Assembly (NCBI GenBank): GCA_963692865.2 | Contig: OY843592.1 | Location: 1,280,001-1,344,000 of the forward strand | From: a bacterium | GTDB taxonomy: Bacteria; UBA8248 | Direction: 5' to 3' | Length of the DNA: 64,000 nucleotides | Shown here: one piece after another, positions 8,168-17,207 of the stretch | Position numbering within the stretch: position 1 is the stretch's first letter | Layout of the letters: each line of letters opens with the position of its first letter | The notes under the pieces: model-generated | The model's input: only the letters and a program-made list of their open reading frames with translations | What the model was told of the DNA's origin: nothing | Database searches by the model: none | Made by a program: the position numbers and the translations under genes

Positions 8168-8574
8168 CGCGCGCCTCCTGTTTCGTGTCGCTGGTCGTTT
8201 CGATTATGAACTTCTCAAGGGGATTCACGCAAGCAAAAAGAGGGGGAGCGTGCGGCGAGGCATTGCGGGTGAGGGCCTTTCTGAGATGGTCTTCAAGGTG
8301 ATATGGGAGTATTTCGAGGCCTCGTAAGCTTCACCGGCTATGGGCCGCTTGTGAGGGTTCGAGATCGCTCGCAAGGGCGGCCCTTGCGCCAAGGGATGCG
8401 CATGTCATAGGGGCCGCTCGCGAGCGGTCCGGTTTCATGTAGTCTGTTTCTCCGCCTTAGAGTATCCGTGCAAGGGCACATAAGTTCTGGTACTATAATT
8501 CCAAAATGTTTCATGGAAGCGTAACGCATTTGCCAGTTCGCAATATCGATGTTGCAGATAGCAAAGGTTCGAAA

Positions 8575-9597
8575 ATGGTTATCACAAGAGTGAAGTTGGA
8601 GCGCTTTACGGCTTTCGAAAACCTTGATTTTAAGGCCTCACCTGGCATCAATGTTCTCATTGGAGCCAATGGAACTGGCAAAACCCATCTAATGAAAGTT
8701 GCCTACGCAGCCTGTGATGTTAGCAAGACCGAAGCAGATTTCGCAGAAAAGCTCATTCGCGTGTTTTTGCCTTCTGAAGGAGCCCCTGGACGGTTAGTCA
8801 AGAGGCGAGCCGTAAGTTCGCAGTGCGCAGTTGCCGTATTTCGTGGGAAGGCGAATATCAGAGCTACCTTTTCAAACCATATCAAGATTCCTAGGTCGAT
8901 TAAAGTTAGGCGCACAAGAGGCTGGATCGATAATCCTGTACAGAGCGTCTACATACCGGTAAAGGAAATGCTTGCGAACGCGCCAGGTTTTCGATCTCTT
9001 TACGGACAACGCGAGATTCATTTTGAGGAAGTTTATTCTGATATTCTTGATCGGGCCTATCGGCCTCTTTTGCGTGGTCCAACAGACCAGAAACGTAAGA
9101 AGGTTCTCCAAATTTTGAAAGATGAATTAGATGGGAAGGTGGATCTAAAGAATGACGAATTCTTCTTCCGAAGCAAACGTGGAAATTTGGAATTCACACT
9201 GCTGGCGGAAGGGTTACGCAAACTTGGACTACTTTGGCTTCTTATTCAAAATGGAACTTTGCTAGAAGGTTCTATTTTATTTTGGGACGAACCAGAAACC
9301 AGCCTCAACCCAAGACTTTTTGGCCCGTTGATTGAGATAGTTCTAGAACTCCAGAGGATGGGCGTGCAAGTTTTTATTGCGACACATGATTACGCGATAC
9401 TTAAAGAGTTGGATCTCCGAGTCAAGAAAGAAGACGAGATAGTTTTTCATTCATTGTATCAGGACAAGGGGAGTGGCGAGATAGAGCATCACTCGACAAA
9501 TGCCTATTTAAGCATTCATCCCAATGCTATCGCCGATGCTTTCACCAGTCTTTATAATCGGGAAGTCGAACGCACTCTAGGGATGCCACAGACATGA
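8575..9597 (+). CDS. ABC-type ATPase (AAA_15/AAA_21-like), paralog of 614..1696
   Basis: GANGTGKT, LAEGLRK, LFWDEPETSLNP, ATHD; start placed at MVITRVKL by alignment with the paralog. Confidence 0.88.
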   Translation: MVITRVKLERFTAFENLDFKASPGINVLIGANGTGKTHLMKVAYAACDVSKTEADFAEKLIRVFLPSEGAPGRLVKRRAVSSQCAVAVFRGKANIRATFSNHIKIPRSIKVRRTRGWIDNPVQSVYIPVKEMLANAPGFRSLYGQREIHFEEVYSDILDRAYRPLLRGPTDQKRKKVLQILKDELDGKVDLKNDEFFFRSKRGNLEFTLLAEGLRKLGLLWLLIQNGTLLEGSILFWDEPETSLNPRLFGPLIEIVLELQRMGVQVFIATHDYAILKELDLRVKKEDEIVFHSLYQDKGSGEIEHHSTNAYLSIHPNAIADAFTSLYNREVERTLGMPQT

Positions 9598-10100
9598 CAG
9601 TGATGACTGAAGGCAATATCAAGATGAATTTTCCGCAATATGCTGATGTCCGGAGATTTGACGGGCCAACGCATAGACTTTCACATTGCAGCATGAAAGC
9701 AATAGATTTCATCGTGGAGTTGACCGATCGAGTACTCTTCATTGAAATCAAGGACCCGCAGGATCCTCAAGCAAACCCCAATAGTAGCAATAAAACTATA
9801 GCGGAATTTCAATCAGGTGAAATGGATGAGATTTTCAAACTAAAGTTTAGGGACTCCTTTATTTATGAATGGGCTTCAGATAATCTTAAGAAAAAACCCA
9901 TCCATTTTTATGTGCTCATTGGCATTGAGACTTTAGATAAAGCTTTGCTTCTTAATAGAACCAATTCCCTCAAGACAAAACTCCCGGTTCGTTCTGTCTC
10001 AGAAGGAATATGGAAGAAACATATTGCCGAGGAATGCTTGGTATTTAACATTGAAACTTGGAACCAGTTCTTGCCAAATTTTCTAGTGTCTCGGATTTAA
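9594..10100 (+). CDS. Hypothetical protein, PD-(D/E)xK nuclease-like partner of the ATPase
   Basis: ATGA overlap; KAIDF-x10-IEIKDP, KFRDS; low GC. Confidence 0.7.
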   Translation: MTVMTEGNIKMNFPQYADVRRFDGPTHRLSHCSMKAIDFIVELTDRVLFIEIKDPQDPQANPNSSNKTIAEFQSGEMDEIFKLKFRDSFIYEWASDNLKKKPIHFYVLIGIETLDKALLLNRTNSLKTKLPVRSVSEGIWKKHIAEECLVFNIETWNQFLPNFLVSRI

Positions 10101-10167
10101 GCTGAGTAAGTACGCATAATTTATTATTGGGTAACCGTATAATTCACGACCCCAGCCCGACCCCCGC

Positions 10168-10854
10168 TCAACCGACTCCTAACCTACCCGCCGCCTCATT
10201 GACCGCGGCTTCGCGCTCGTTCTGGCGCGCGGCGAATGAATCGCGCACTTCGGACACCATCGCCGGGTCGGCCCGTTCGGGAGAGCCCGCATCATATGGA
10301 GGCTTGGGGTCGTACTCCATGCCGAGTTGTATCTTCCGGGCGGCTTCGGTCCCCAATATCTCTCCCGCCACTGTCAGGGCGAAGTCGATGCCGGCCGTGA
10401 CGCCGGCGCCGGTGATCACGTTGCCGTCGACGACCACGCGCTCATTCACGGGCTCGCACCCGAAGGCGGCGAGCATCGAGTGCGACATCCAGTGCGTCGT
10501 CGCCCGCTTGCCCTTTAACAGTCCCGCTGCGCCGAGCACGAGCGACCCGGAGCAAACGGAAGTGACGTAGCGCGCCCCCGCCGCCTGGCGGCGCACGAAG
10601 TCGAGCGTCTCCGCATCGCTTAAGAGCGCGTTCGTGCCCGCGCCGCCCGGCACGCAGATGAGGTCGAGTTGCGGGCAGTCGGCGAACGTCGTGCTCGGCA
10701 GAAGCTCCATGCCGCCGCCCGCCTTGACGGGAGCAAGCGTCTTCCAGACGAGGCGGACGTCCGAGTCGGGGAACTTGGTGAAGACCTCGTACGGGCCGGT
10801 CATGTCGAGCTGGGTGAGATTCGGGAAGAGAAGAAGACCGATCTGGAATCGCAT
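10168..10854 (-). CDS. DJ-1/PfpI family protein (isonitrile hydratase-like)
   Basis: TQLDMTGPYEV, VPGGAG, TSVCSGS catalytic Cys, ATTHW, EYDPKPP. Confidence 0.92.
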   Translation of the reverse strand: MRFQIGLLLFPNLTQLDMTGPYEVFTKFPDSDVRLVWKTLAPVKAGGGMELLPSTTFADCPQLDLICVPGGAGTNALLSDAETLDFVRRQAAGARYVTSVCSGSLVLGAAGLLKGKRATTHWMSHSMLAAFGCEPVNERVVVDGNVITGAGVTAGIDFALTVAGEILGTEAARKIQLGMEYDPKPPYDAGSPERADPAMVSEVRDSFAARQNEREAAVNEAAGRLGVG

Positions 10855-10944
10855 GGCGCCTCGATGCCTCCGCTGTTGGGGTTGGAGGTCAGATTATGGG
10901 CGGCCCGCAGGCGTGTCAAGGTGGGTCAATCGCGACGTATGTAC

Positions 10945-11305
10945 CCTGTAGGGGCGACCCCCGTGGTCGCCCAATTCTGGACAGGCACGGGGGCCTGTCC
11001 CTACGCTACCCTGTATTGCAATGAACCCGTAGGGGCGGTTCGCGAACCGCCCCTGCAAAGCAAGGCGTATACCGGCCGGTTTGGTGTATGGGGTTCTTGA
11101 AAAAGCCCCCCTGACAAGAGGGGTTGGGGGGTTGAACCCGACCGGGGAGGGAGGGTTCACGGCAAGGGCGAAGCCCGCAGGCGAGTTGGTGGGGGGACAT
11201 GCCACAGAAAAAGCTCCCCCCACCGAATCGGCCTTCGCACAAACCGCTCGGCCTCTTCGTCGGGCTTTCCCCTCGGGAAGCCCGACCCTCAAGGGGGGAG
11301 TGTTT
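10945..11305. repeat. REP cluster plus long modular hairpin element
   Basis: Three GTAG/CTAC REPs (10948, 10979, 11030); 11216-11300 is the reverse complement of ~36714-36795. Confidence 0.8.
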
Positions 11306-11422
11306 TATTGGTGCTCTGCAAGGGGGGAGTGAACCGGGTTACGTTCTACTCCTCCGCTCTTCCCACCCCATGCTATACTTCACTCGAACCAACGTCCCCC
11401 GCTCCCTGCATGAAGGCCGCCA

Positions 11423-12637
11423 TTGGAATATCTCTCCTTCGCGTGGAAAAACCGACGCTTTCTGGGGTTCGGCCTTTTGCTCACGTTCTTCTCGTGCTTC
11501 GGGCAGTCCTATTTCATCGCCGTGTTCAACACCGACATCCGCAGCGCCTTCTCGCTCTCGCACGGCGAGTTCGGCCTCGCCTACGGCGTCGCCACCGTAT
11601 CGAGCGCGATGTGCCTCATATGGGCGGGCCGCCTGATCGACAGGACGAGGCTCAAGACTTTCGCCCTGTGCGTCTGCGGGGGACTCATCGCCTCCTGCGT
11701 CCTGATGGCGGCGGCGCCCGTCTTCCCGGCCCTGCTCTTCGCCCTGTTCGCGCTCAGGCTTACGGGCCAGGGGCTGATGGTCCACACCTCGGTGACGAGC
11801 ATCGGGCGGCATTTCACCGCCGAGCGGGGCCGCGCCGTCAGCGTCATTTCGATGGGCGGGCCGTCGGGCCAGGCCGTCATGGCGCTCGTTGCGGTCGCTC
11901 TGGCCGCGTGGCTCGACTGGCGGCAGGTCTGGCTGGTGATGGCGGCGGGTTCGGCCCTCGTCCTGCTCCCTTGCGTCCCCTGGCTGCTGAGAGGGCACAA
12001 AGACGAACACCTGGACTCCGAAAAGCGCGCACAAACGCAGGCTGATTCCGGATCCCGGGGCGACTGGACGAGGCGCGACGTGCTGAAGGACGTGCGCTTC
12101 TACTTCATGATGCCCGTTTTACTCGCGCCCTCCTTCATCGCCACCGGCTTTTTCTTCCACATGGCGCATCTGGTGGATGCGAAGGGGTGGAGCCTCGCCT
12201 TCTTCACGGGCGCGTACACGCTCTACACGGCCTTCTCCATCACGCTGACGCTGCTCGCAGGACCCATCGTCGACCGGATAGGCGCGGTCCGGCTGATTCC
12301 CTGGCATCTCGCGCCCCTGTGCGCCGGGCTTGCGGCGCTGGCGAGTTCGGACCACTGGTCCGCCGCGATTCTCTACATGGGCCTGACGGGGATCACCGTC
12401 GGCGTGCGCATCACCATCGGCGGGGCCGTCTGGGCGGAGATCTACGGGGTGGAGAACCTGGGGGCCATCCGCTCGCTCGCCACCTCGTTCATGGTGGTAT
12501 CCACCGCGCTCTCGCCCGTCGTCTTCGGCTGGATGGTCGATTACGGCGTGAGCGTGGAGAGCATCGCCCTCATGTGCCTGGCATACGCGGCGGGGGCGTC
12601 GGTGCTGAGCGGCGTTTCGATTGGGATGCGGCATTAA
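11423..12637 (+). CDS. MFS transporter
   Basis: About 12 hydrophobic segments; GRLIDR and GPIVDRIG loop motifs; FGQSYFI. Confidence 0.92.
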   Translation: MEYLSFAWKNRRFLGFGLLLTFFSCFGQSYFIAVFNTDIRSAFSLSHGEFGLAYGVATVSSAMCLIWAGRLIDRTRLKTFALCVCGGLIASCVLMAAAPVFPALLFALFALRLTGQGLMVHTSVTSIGRHFTAERGRAVSVISMGGPSGQAVMALVAVALAAWLDWRQVWLVMAAGSALVLLPCVPWLLRGHKDEHLDSEKRAQTQADSGSRGDWTRRDVLKDVRFYFMMPVLLAPSFIATGFFFHMAHLVDAKGWSLAFFTGAYTLYTAFSITLTLLAGPIVDRIGAVRLIPWHLAPLCAGLAALASSDHWSAAILYMGLTGITVGVRITIGGAVWAEIYGVENLGAIRSLATSFMVVSTALSPVVFGWMVDYGVSVESIALMCLAYAAGASVLSGVSIGMRH

Positions 12638-12689
12638 GAAGAAAGGAATTGTGGTTTGTGAGAGAGAATTTTCTTCCGCAGGTCCGCCC

Positions 12690-12827
12690 CTACGCATCGT
12701 CGAGTTCGGCGATCAATTCCTTGACGCCGCCATACGTGCTTAGCCCTTCCCCGGCGCGCGCCTGCCGAATGGCTTCGCGGGTTTCCTCGTTTGGAGTCGG
12801 GGTGCGGGTTATTTCCGTATCGGCCAT
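12690..12827 (-). CDS. 45-aa protein resembling the C-terminal half of a RelB/DinJ antitoxin (orphan or remnant)
   Basis: PNEETREAIRQARAGEGLSTYGGVKELIAEL resembles the DinJ/RelB C-terminus; no RHH N-terminus and no toxin adjacent. Confidence 0.55.
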   Translation of the reverse strand: MADTEITRTPTPNEETREAIRQARAGEGLSTYGGVKELIAELDDA

Positions 12828-12838
12828 ATTGTATACCC

Positions 12839-13150
12839 TCACCGCTCCCTGCGCTTCGGCGGCGCGAAGCGGCGCCGCCAGCTCGCCGTCTGCGAGCGCG
12901 TGATGCGGTAGAGCATGAAGCCGCCTCCCGTCACCGAGACGAGGATGAGCGCGAAGCCTATCGTCATCGCCCGCTGAAACGGCGTGGCGCGCCGGGTTTT
13001 CTCCTGAGCGGAGCCTGCCGCTTTTTCGCCTGCGGCGGGAGGGTTCTCCGGCGGCGGCGCGACGTCGGGCAGCCAGACGAAGGGAATCGCCACCATCCCC
13101 GCCACGAAGAGGATGGGCAGTATCAGGCGCGTGAAATAGAGGCGGAACAC
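12839..13150 (-). CDS. Small hypothetical membrane protein (2 TM)
   Basis: GTG start with GGAGG RBS; two hydrophobic segments separated by a Pro/Ala-rich linker. Confidence 0.6.
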   Translation of the reverse strand: MFRLYFTRLILPILFVAGMVAIPFVWLPDVAPPPENPPAAGEKAAGSAQEKTRRATPFQRAMTIGFALILVSVTGGGFMLYRITRSQTASWRRRFAPPKRRER

Positions 13151-13209
13151 GTTTGATGACCTCCCGTAACGGAATATAAACGGCGAGGGCGCGCGAATCC
13201 ACCCCTCAA

Positions 13210-13487
13210 GGGGTTGTTGATAAAACCTCTCGAAGCCGTGGAGGTGCGATGGTTTTGTAGGGGCGGCCCTCTGTGGCCGCCCGTATCGGAGGCCTCGGAC
13301 AGGCACGGAGGCCTGTCCCTACGGTTGGCGGCGTATTTTCCCTCTTCAGTCGAAACCGGCTTCTCGGGACCCTCGGCGAATTTGGTTTTCGTTCGTCATT
13401 CCGGCTTTCGCCGGAATGACGGCAGTGATCGATTCCGACCGATGAGGGAGGAATCGACTGAGCGGGAAGGGGTTTTACAACAACCCC
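13210..13487. mobile_element. MITE-like element with terminal inverted repeats and REP cargo
   Basis: GGGGTTGTTGATAAAACC ... GGTTTTACAACAACCCC enclosing two GTAG REPs and CGTCATTCCGGCTTTCGCCGGAATGACG. Confidence 0.65.
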
Positions 13488-13648
13488 ACATCCGCCGGGT
13501 GCGGGCCGCATGAAGCGTTTTTGGCCTCATGGGCGCGCGCGGTTTTCGTTTCGCGCGAAATGTGGTGATATGGATTTTCCGTCCATGATGCGAGAGCGCT
13601 TTTATCGTTTTCCCATCTATTTTATCCAGGCGAGGGAGGCGGCGACGG

Positions 13649-14404
13649 ATGAAACGGCCGAGAATCGGAATCACCTGCGACGTGGGCAAGCGGAATTTCC
13701 CCGAAGAACCCAGGGTGCGTCCGCGCCACGTGCTCATGGACGCCTACGTGGAGTCCGTCATCAAGGCGGGCGGCGCGCCCCTGCTCCTGCCCGCGGTGGA
13801 GGATGAGCAGGCGAGCATGTCCCTGCTCTTGGGCATCGACGGCCTCATCATCTCGGGCGGCGGGCACGACATCGACCCCATGCTCTACGGCGAGGAGCGA
13901 TTGCCGGAGTGCAGCCCCACGAACCCCAAGCGCGAGACTTCCGAGATGGCGGCATGCCGGGGGGCGGTGACGCGCGACATGCCCGTGCTCGGCATCTGCG
14001 GCGGCATGCAGGTCATCAACATCGCGGCGGGCGGCTCGCTCTATCAGGACATCCCCTCCCAGGTGCCGGACGCGCTCACGCACCGGCCCGAGAACATGGA
14101 CGAGAACACCTACACCTTCCACGAGATTGAGATAGGCGAGTCCATCCTCGGCGAGATTCTCGGCGAGTCCTCGGTCGTGAACAGCCACCACCACCAGAGC
14201 GCGCGCGAGGTCGGGCCGGGCGTGCGCGTTTCGGCCAGGACCGAAGACGGCGTCATCGAGGCCATCGAGTGCCCCTCGCACCAGTTCGTCGTGGGCGTGC
14301 AGTGGCACCCCGAGTCCATGTCGGCCTACGGCTACGCCGACGCGGACGGGGCGGCGCAGCTCTTCTCCCGCTTCGTGGACGAGGCCCGCATCTTCGCGGA
14401 TTAG
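13649..14404 (+). CDS. Class I glutamine amidotransferase, peptidase C26 (gamma-glutamyl-GABA hydrolase family)
   Basis: PVLGICGGMQ (Cys), VNSHHHQ, GVQWHPE (His-Glu). Confidence 0.92.
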   Translation: MKRPRIGITCDVGKRNFPEEPRVRPRHVLMDAYVESVIKAGGAPLLLPAVEDEQASMSLLLGIDGLIISGGGHDIDPMLYGEERLPECSPTNPKRETSEMAACRGAVTRDMPVLGICGGMQVINIAAGGSLYQDIPSQVPDALTHRPENMDENTYTFHEIEIGESILGEILGESSVVNSHHHQSAREVGPGVRVSARTEDGVIEAIECPSHQFVVGVQWHPESMSAYGYADADGAAQLFSRFVDEARIFAD

Positions 14405-14452
14405 GAAGGTTGAGGCTCACTTATTTCGCATAAACCCTGAGGAACTCTCCTG

Positions 14453-16678
14453 ATGGACAAGCGACTCGACCCCTACCGCTTTGACGTGGGAAGCGCCCGC
14501 GTGGAGCCCGAAGACCCGGTCGTGGCGGGAGCGTTCTTCACCCGGAAGATCGTCTTCACGGCGGGCAAATACGGTGTGGACGAGGGCGCGCAGATACTCG
14601 TCTGCAAGCGGCTCTCGAGCGACATGGAGATCCCCCAGTTCACGGACCCCGCGGCGTCCGGCTACGTGAGCGTCTCCTGCTCGAACCCGGAAGTCGGCTT
14701 GACGCTCAGCTATCAGGAACAGGGCTATATTGATGATTGGCGCTCCGGCGTCGCCGTCCGGGTCGCGCGGGGGTATCTCTGCCAAGGCGATGAGGTAACG
14801 CTCGTCCTGGGCGACACCAGCGGCGGCGGGCCGGGGTTGCGCGCGCAGACGTTCCCCGAGGCGCGCCACACGTTCAAGATCGTGGTGGACACCTTCAACC
14901 GCAAGCATTTCTACGAACTGGAACATGACCCCGAAATCCGCATCGTGGGCGGCGCGCCCGAGACCTGGCATCTCGCGTGCCCCCAGACGCCCGCGCGGGG
15001 AGAGCCGTTCTCCGCCATCGTGCGCGGCGTGGACAGCTGGGGGAACCCGGCGGAGGAATTCACGGGCGAAGTGTCGGTCGGAAAGAGCCGCTCGGGCTGG
15101 CAGGAAGAGGACGCCGTACCGGGGAAGGTGGAATTCTCGGCCGGCGACGGCGGCGTGAAGCGTGTGGGCGGCGCGCGGTTGACGGGCGAGGGGCCTTACC
15201 GCTTGCGCTTGGAAGACCCGGCGGGGCTGGTATCGTTGAGCCCGCCCATTCTGCCCAAAGCCCCGGACGATCCTTATTCGCTATTCTGGGGGGACATCCA
15301 CGGGCAGACGCGCTCCACGGTCGGCACGGGCACGGTGGAGGAGTATTTCCGTTTCGCGCGGGACAAGGCGGGCGTGGACGTCGCCGCGTGGCAGGGCAAC
15401 GATTTCAGGGTCCGCAAGGAGGACTGGGCGGAGGTGGTGCGCGAGTGCAAGGCGTTCAACGAGCCGGGCCGCTTCGTCACGCTCCTGGGCTATGAGTGGT
15501 CGGGCACGCGTTCAGGCGGCGGCGATTACAACATCTACTACGCGGGCGATGCGGGAACCATCCACAGAAGCTCCCATGCGGGCGTGGACGATCTTTCGGA
15601 CGTTCATGAGGACAGGTTTCCTATATCGGCTCTTTGGGACACCTTCCGGGGAAGGAAGGACGTGATGAGCGTCGCCCACGTGGGCGGACGGGCGTGCAAC
15701 CTCGATTTCTTCGATCCCGAATTCGTGCGCCTCGCGGAAATCCACTCCCACCACGGCACCTTCGAGTGGTTCGCGGAAGATGTGCTCGCGCGCGGCTTCC
15801 GCGTCGGCTTCATCGGCGGGAGCGACGACCACACAGGCCGCCAGGGGCTGGTCTACCCGAACCGCCGCTCGAACAACGTCGTCACCTTCGACGTGAAGGG
15901 CGGCCTCATGGGCCTCTACGCCAAGGAACTCACGCGCGAGGCCGTCTGGGAGGCGATGCGCGCGAGGAGAACCTACGCCACGAACGGCGAGCGCATCTAC
16001 TTGAAGACCGCCTGCGGCGATGCCCTCATGGGCGAGGAGGTGGAGACGGGAGGTCCGCCGACGATCCGCGTCGAGGTCCATGGCGCGGCGCCGCTTCTGG
16101 ACGTGGAACTGAAGCGCGGCGCCGAAACCATCCACCGCCATCCGGTGAACGCCCCCGAAGCCGCCGGCCGCGCGCGGCGTATCCGCGTGCAGTGGAGCGG
16201 GGTGACGCAGAAAAGCGGGCGCGACAAGAAGGTCGAATGGCGCGGCGGAATCGCGCTGGATAAGGGCGCGGTGCTCTCGCACACGCCCTACGCGCTCGAT
16301 CAGTACGACGACGCCGTAACCCGCGTATCGAACAAGGTGCTCCGCTTCGCCACGGCGACCTCGGGCGACCCCGACGGCGTGCTCATCGACCTGGACGCCC
16401 CCGCCGACGCCCGCCTTTCCTTTTTTAGCAACGTCAAGAGTTTCACCCTGCCCCTCGGCGAGATAACGGCGGAACCTACCATCATCGAAGCCGGCGGCGT
16501 GAACATCCGGGTTCTCGTCGCCGAAGTCGGCGCGACCCTCAAGGACTGGAGCGCGCGCTTTCAGTTCACCGACGAGGACGCCTCCACCGATGCCGTGAAC
16601 CCCTACTGGGTGCGCGTCTTACAGGTCGACGGCGGCCAGGCCTGGTCGAGTCCGGTGTATGTGAAGAGGGTGGGGTGA
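14453..16678 (+). CDS. DUF3604/PHP-like metallohydrolase
   Basis: FWGDIHGQT, GYEWS, AHVGGR, EIHSHHG, GGSDDH, RRTYATNGERI, C-terminal WSSPVY. Confidence 0.8.
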   Translation: MDKRLDPYRFDVGSARVEPEDPVVAGAFFTRKIVFTAGKYGVDEGAQILVCKRLSSDMEIPQFTDPAASGYVSVSCSNPEVGLTLSYQEQGYIDDWRSGVAVRVARGYLCQGDEVTLVLGDTSGGGPGLRAQTFPEARHTFKIVVDTFNRKHFYELEHDPEIRIVGGAPETWHLACPQTPARGEPFSAIVRGVDSWGNPAEEFTGEVSVGKSRSGWQEEDAVPGKVEFSAGDGGVKRVGGARLTGEGPYRLRLEDPAGLVSLSPPILPKAPDDPYSLFWGDIHGQTRSTVGTGTVEEYFRFARDKAGVDVAAWQGNDFRVRKEDWAEVVRECKAFNEPGRFVTLLGYEWSGTRSGGGDYNIYYAGDAGTIHRSSHAGVDDLSDVHEDRFPISALWDTFRGRKDVMSVAHVGGRACNLDFFDPEFVRLAEIHSHHGTFEWFAEDVLARGFRVGFIGGSDDHTGRQGLVYPNRRSNNVVTFDVKGGLMGLYAKELTREAVWEAMRARRTYATNGERIYLKTACGDALMGEEVETGGPPTIRVEVHGAAPLLDVELKRGAETIHRHPVNAPEAAGRARRIRVQWSGVTQKSGRDKKVEWRGGIALDKGAVLSHTPYALDQYDDAVTRVSNKVLRFATATSGDPDGVLIDLDAPADARLSFFSNVKSFTLPLGEITAEPTIIEAGGVNIRVLVAEVGATLKDWSARFQFTDEDASTDAVNPYWVRVLQVDGGQAWSSPVYVKRVG

Positions 16679-16744
16679 GGGGGTTTCGTTTGACCCGCGG
16701 GAATCACCAAACCCTTCCTGAACGGTTGGCAATACATCGCTTTT

Positions 16745-17110
16745 CGGAGTTGTTGAAAAATCCCCTACTCAGTCGGAATTGACCACCGCCGTCATTCCGG
16801 CGAACGCCGGAATCCAGAGCAGACGGGAATGTCGAATCGCAGGACGACCAGGAAAAACGAAAAAGCAAAAAAGACAAATACAAAAGCAAAGTCCCTGGAT
16901 TCCGGCATGCGCCGGAATGACGACCAAAAACCGCGTTTGGCGTAGGGACAACCCCCTGTGGTTGTCCCCCCTGTTATTCTCCATGAGGACAGGCACAGGG
17001 GCCTGTCCCTACGGGTAGCCGCAATGATTTCGCATGGGAGAACCTATGTGTTCTCCCATGCGGATTCGGGCGTCTTGAATCCGGGCGGACACGCAGGTCC
17101 GCCCCGACAC
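16745..17110. repeat. Intergenic repeat cluster
   Basis: GTTGTTGAAAAA end; paired ATTCCGGC-N4-GCCGGAAT palindromes (16790-16922); GTAG REP pair 16942-17012; hairpin GCATGGGAGAAC...GTTCTCCCATGC. Confidence 0.8.
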
Positions 17111-17207
17111 CCCCAAGTTTGACTCCCCATCCCTTTTGACCTCATGCCCTCCTTCTCATACACTCCCGCGCGTTTGTTCGTTCATGCTTTATTCAGGAGC
17201 GTAATAC

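Noticed and set aside
6537-8228. 563-aa Arg/Gly-rich ORF
   Set aside because: Alternative frame overlapping ppk2 and the binding-protein gene; low-complexity GC artefact.
10109-10136. dif-like site AGTACGCATAA-TTTATT-ATTGGGTAACC at the end of the second ATPase cassette
   Set aside because: Only the XerC-like arm matches and the XerD arm (TTATGTTAAAT) is poor; similar half-matches occur near 5369 and 14424, so chance is likely.
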